Origin: Phoronis australis
Taxonomy: Eukaryota; Animalia; Phoronida
DNA length: 64,000 nucleotides
Assembly: GCA_002633005.1 (NCBI GenBank)
Contig: NMRA01000030.1
Location: forward strand, 1,231,957-1,295,956
Reading direction: 5' to 3'
Numbering within the stretch: the first letter of the stretch is position 1; each line of letters begins with the position of its first letter. Positions 63,913 through 64,000 of this stretch are shown piece by piece. The notes beneath the pieces were generated by a model, which worked only from the letters and a program-made list of their open reading frames with translations, was not told the origin of the DNA and ran no database searches. A program made the translations under genes and the position numbers.

Positions 63913-64000
63913 ACCTTTGGTACTTTTGTCATCTGATCGGCTAAAACACGAGAACCTCAGCTGATTGAAACCTTCCTGGTTCCTTGAATAACCAATATCA

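Overview
AT-rich, repeat-dense eukaryotic genomic DNA, most likely from an invertebrate metazoan. It has spliceosomal introns, microsatellites and a 412-nt N gap; there is no bacterial operon or CRISPR structure. Two spliced host genes can be assembled by hand on the minus strand. (1) A divergent NOX5-type NADPH oxidase/ferric-reductase gene, with exons from ~29.4 kb down to ~8.8 kb; NADPH-binding exons were not found in the window. It keeps all four haem histidines but has degenerate or missing EF-hands and altered O2-site and FAD motifs. (2) A small multi-exon gene at ~58.7-61.4 kb whose C-terminus resembles a stand-alone dynein stalk/microtubule-binding domain, with one splice donor amplified into a minisatellite. 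The rest is mostly mobile DNA: an Academ 3' end, a decayed Ginger2/KRBA2-type integrase element carrying an OTU deubiquitinase and an F-box-like motif, two Penelope-like elements with hammerhead remnants, CR1/L2 and L1/Tx1 LINEs, an internally deleted BEL/Pao LTR element, an IS3EU element, a non-autonomous LTR element holding a tRNA-bearing inverted-repeat element, and several MITEs, foldbacks and minisatellites. All family calls come from motif recognition, not database searches.
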